Positions 33,625 through 34,835 of a stretch of DNA of 34,835 nucleotides are shown piece by piece. How positions within the stretch are numbered: position 1 is the stretch's first letter; every line of letters begins with the position of its first letter. The notes under the pieces were generated by a model, which worked only from the letters and a program-made list of their open reading frames with translations, was not told the origin of the DNA and searched no databases. The stretch is taken from the NCBI GenBank assembly GCA_964451445.1, contig CAYVIG010000002.1, positions 1-34,835 of the forward strand, in the 5' to 3' direction. The translations under genes were made by a program, and so were the position numbers. This stretch comes from an uncultured Dehalococcoidia bacterium. Its GTDB lineage: Bacteria; Chloroflexota; Dehalococcoidia; Lucifugimonadales; UBA3495.

Positions 33625-34835
33625 TTAGCTGCGGGCGGGGATGGGCATGCTGGTACGGTCGCGGGTCACGGAGATACAACCACGCACTCCGTCCAACTTG
33701 GAGAACAGCTTATTAAGCTGATCCAGACCGGTGGTATGGCAGGTGAGGGCCATGGTCACTGTGCCGTCGGCCCATTCTTCGGTGAGCACCGAGGCGATGT
33801 TCACACCCTCGTTGGACACCACGACCGTGAGATCGCGGAGGAGGCCCACACGGTCGTAGGCCTTCATGATGATACGGACGGGGTAGAGTTGCTGCTCCTG
33901 ACCCCACTGGACGTTCACCAATCGCTCTGGCTCATCCTCATGGAAGACGCTGGAGCAATCTTGCTTGTGGACCGTCACGCCACGGGCGCGGGTGATGAAC
34001 CCGATGATCGGGTCACCAGGTATGGGATTGCAACAGCGACCTATACGTATAAGCAGGTCGCCAACACCAAGGACGGTGATTCCAGAACTGGGGCTGGACA
34101 GCGGCAAGTCGTTGCGACGCTGGGTTAGCGGCTCTTCGGTCTCATGTCCTATCTGAGCCAGCCGGTGCGCCAGCAGGCTGTCAGCGATGTTGCCCGAACC
34201 CAGGTTAGCCATCAGGTCATCCATGGAGTCGACCTTGAACAGACCCATGATGGTCTCTTCATCCACTTTTTGGTTGAGCCGCCGCAGCTCACGGCGCATG
34301 AGTTCTTTGCCCCGCTGGATGTTGGCGCTGCGTTCCTGACGGCGGAACCATTGCCGCACACTCTGGCGAGCGCCCGCAGAGCGTACGTAACCCCGATTCG
34401 GATTCAGCCAGTCCAAGCTGGGGCCACGGTCTGATTTCGAGTTGAGCACCTCAACGGTGTCGCCGTTCTCCAGAGCGGTGTCCAGAGCGACTAGCTTGCC
34501 GTTCACCTTGGCCCCAATGCAGTGGTGCCCTAGGTCGGTGTGGATCTTGTAGGCGAAGTCCACAGGAGTGGAACCGGAGGTAAGCTCTACGATCCGGCCT
34601 TTGGGGGTATAGACGAACACCTGGTCGCGGAAGATGTCTTGCTTGACCGACTCTATGAACTCAGCGGTACCGGAAACTTCCCGCTGCCATTCCAGCAATT
34701 GCCGTAGCCAGGTCATCTTTTCTTCGAATCGTTGGTCTCCGGAGGCGCCTTCTTTGTAGGCCCAGTGGGCAGCGACTCCGTACTCGGCGATGCGGTGCAG
34801 TTCGTAGGTCTTGATCTGCACTTCCAAGGGCGTTC
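33625..34835 (-). CDS. RelA/SpoT family (p)ppGpp synthetase/hydrolase, 5' end beyond the window (C-terminal ~400 aa present)
   Basis: It has the synthetase-domain end HRIAEYGVAAHWAYKEG and the TGS domain VFVYTPKGRIVELTSGSTPVDFAYKIHTDLGHHCIGAKVNG. A CCxP zinc-finger-like region and a C-terminal ACT-like domain follow. The frame is open to the window edge. Confidence 0.92.
   Translation of the reverse strand, partial: TPLEVQIKTYELHRIAEYGVAAHWAYKEGASGDQRFEEKMTWLRQLLEWQREVSGTAEFIESVKQDIFRDQVFVYTPKGRIVELTSGSTPVDFAYKIHTDLGHHCIGAKVNGKLVALDTALENGDTVEVLNSKSDRGPSLDWLNPNRGYVRSAGARQSVRQWFRRQERSANIQRGKELMRRELRRLNQKVDEETIMGLFKVDSMDDLMANLGSGNIADSLLAHRLAQIGHETEEPLTQRRNDLPLSSPSSGITVLGVGDLLIRIGRCCNPIPGDPIIGFITRARGVTVHKQDCSSVFHEDEPERLVNVQWGQEQQLYPVRIIMKAYDRVGLLRDLTVVVSNEGVNIASVLTEEWADGTVTMALTCHTTGLDQLNKLFSKLDGVRGCISVTRDRTSMPIPARS

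Noticed and set aside
1-34835. I looked for CRISPR arrays, tRNA/rRNA genes, transposases, integrases, toxin-antitoxin pairs and defence-system hallmarks.
   Set aside because: No direct-repeat/spacer array was found. No intergenic gap is long or structured enough for a tRNA, and no ORF has transposase, integrase, nuclease, ATPase or defence-type motifs. All gaps over 150 bp are promoter-like divergent or convergent spacers.

Overview
This is a 34,835-bp window with roughly mid-50s % GC and the standard genetic code (TGA, TAA and TAG each terminate well-supported genes). I count about 33 protein-coding genes plus one gene remnant. I saw no rRNA or tRNA genes, CRISPR arrays, transposases, integrases or phage genes. 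Layout: (i) The left edge holds a 5'-truncated PRX-like/AhpC-TSA thiol peroxidase whose redox-active Cys codon is an in-frame TGA, a probable selenocysteine; the ORF track only reports the part after it. It is followed by a maleylpyruvate-isomerase/DinB-fold protein and an MFS transporter. (ii) An HpaB-family flavin monooxygenase is divergent from two tandem PuuE-like polysaccharide-deacetylase-fold hydrolases. (iii) A 14-kb co-directional block (6810..21127) starts with a small membrane ORF and an alternative complex III locus (actA, split actB1/actB2, two adjacent NrfD-like subunits, actD, actE). Cytochrome c maturation genes follow directly (ccmH, ccmF, two coupled genes of unknown function, a TlpA/CcmG-like thioredoxin), then a ROK kinase. 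(iv) Next come an MMPL transporter remnant, an atypical SDR, a FAH-family hydrolase, a CMD protein and a methyltransferase. (v) A putative minus-strand operon encodes VOC, a ThDP enzyme, a CMD/AhpD-like pair and an MFS transporter. (vi) The right side holds nadE, a second MFS paralogue, ridA and the 3' part of a RelA/SpoT gene that runs off the edge. The gene content fits an aerobic, possibly marine Chloroflexota (SAR202-like) heterotroph, but that is only a guess from memory of gene families. I found no obvious defence or mobile system. The most noteworthy items are the missed Sec-recoded peroxiredoxin, the non-canonical ACIII layout with a Cys-cluster-bearing ActB1, and the two uncharacterised motif-sharing genes inside the ccm module. 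Several conserved intergenic motifs and repeats also stand out. All family calls come from reading the translated sequence; no searches were run.
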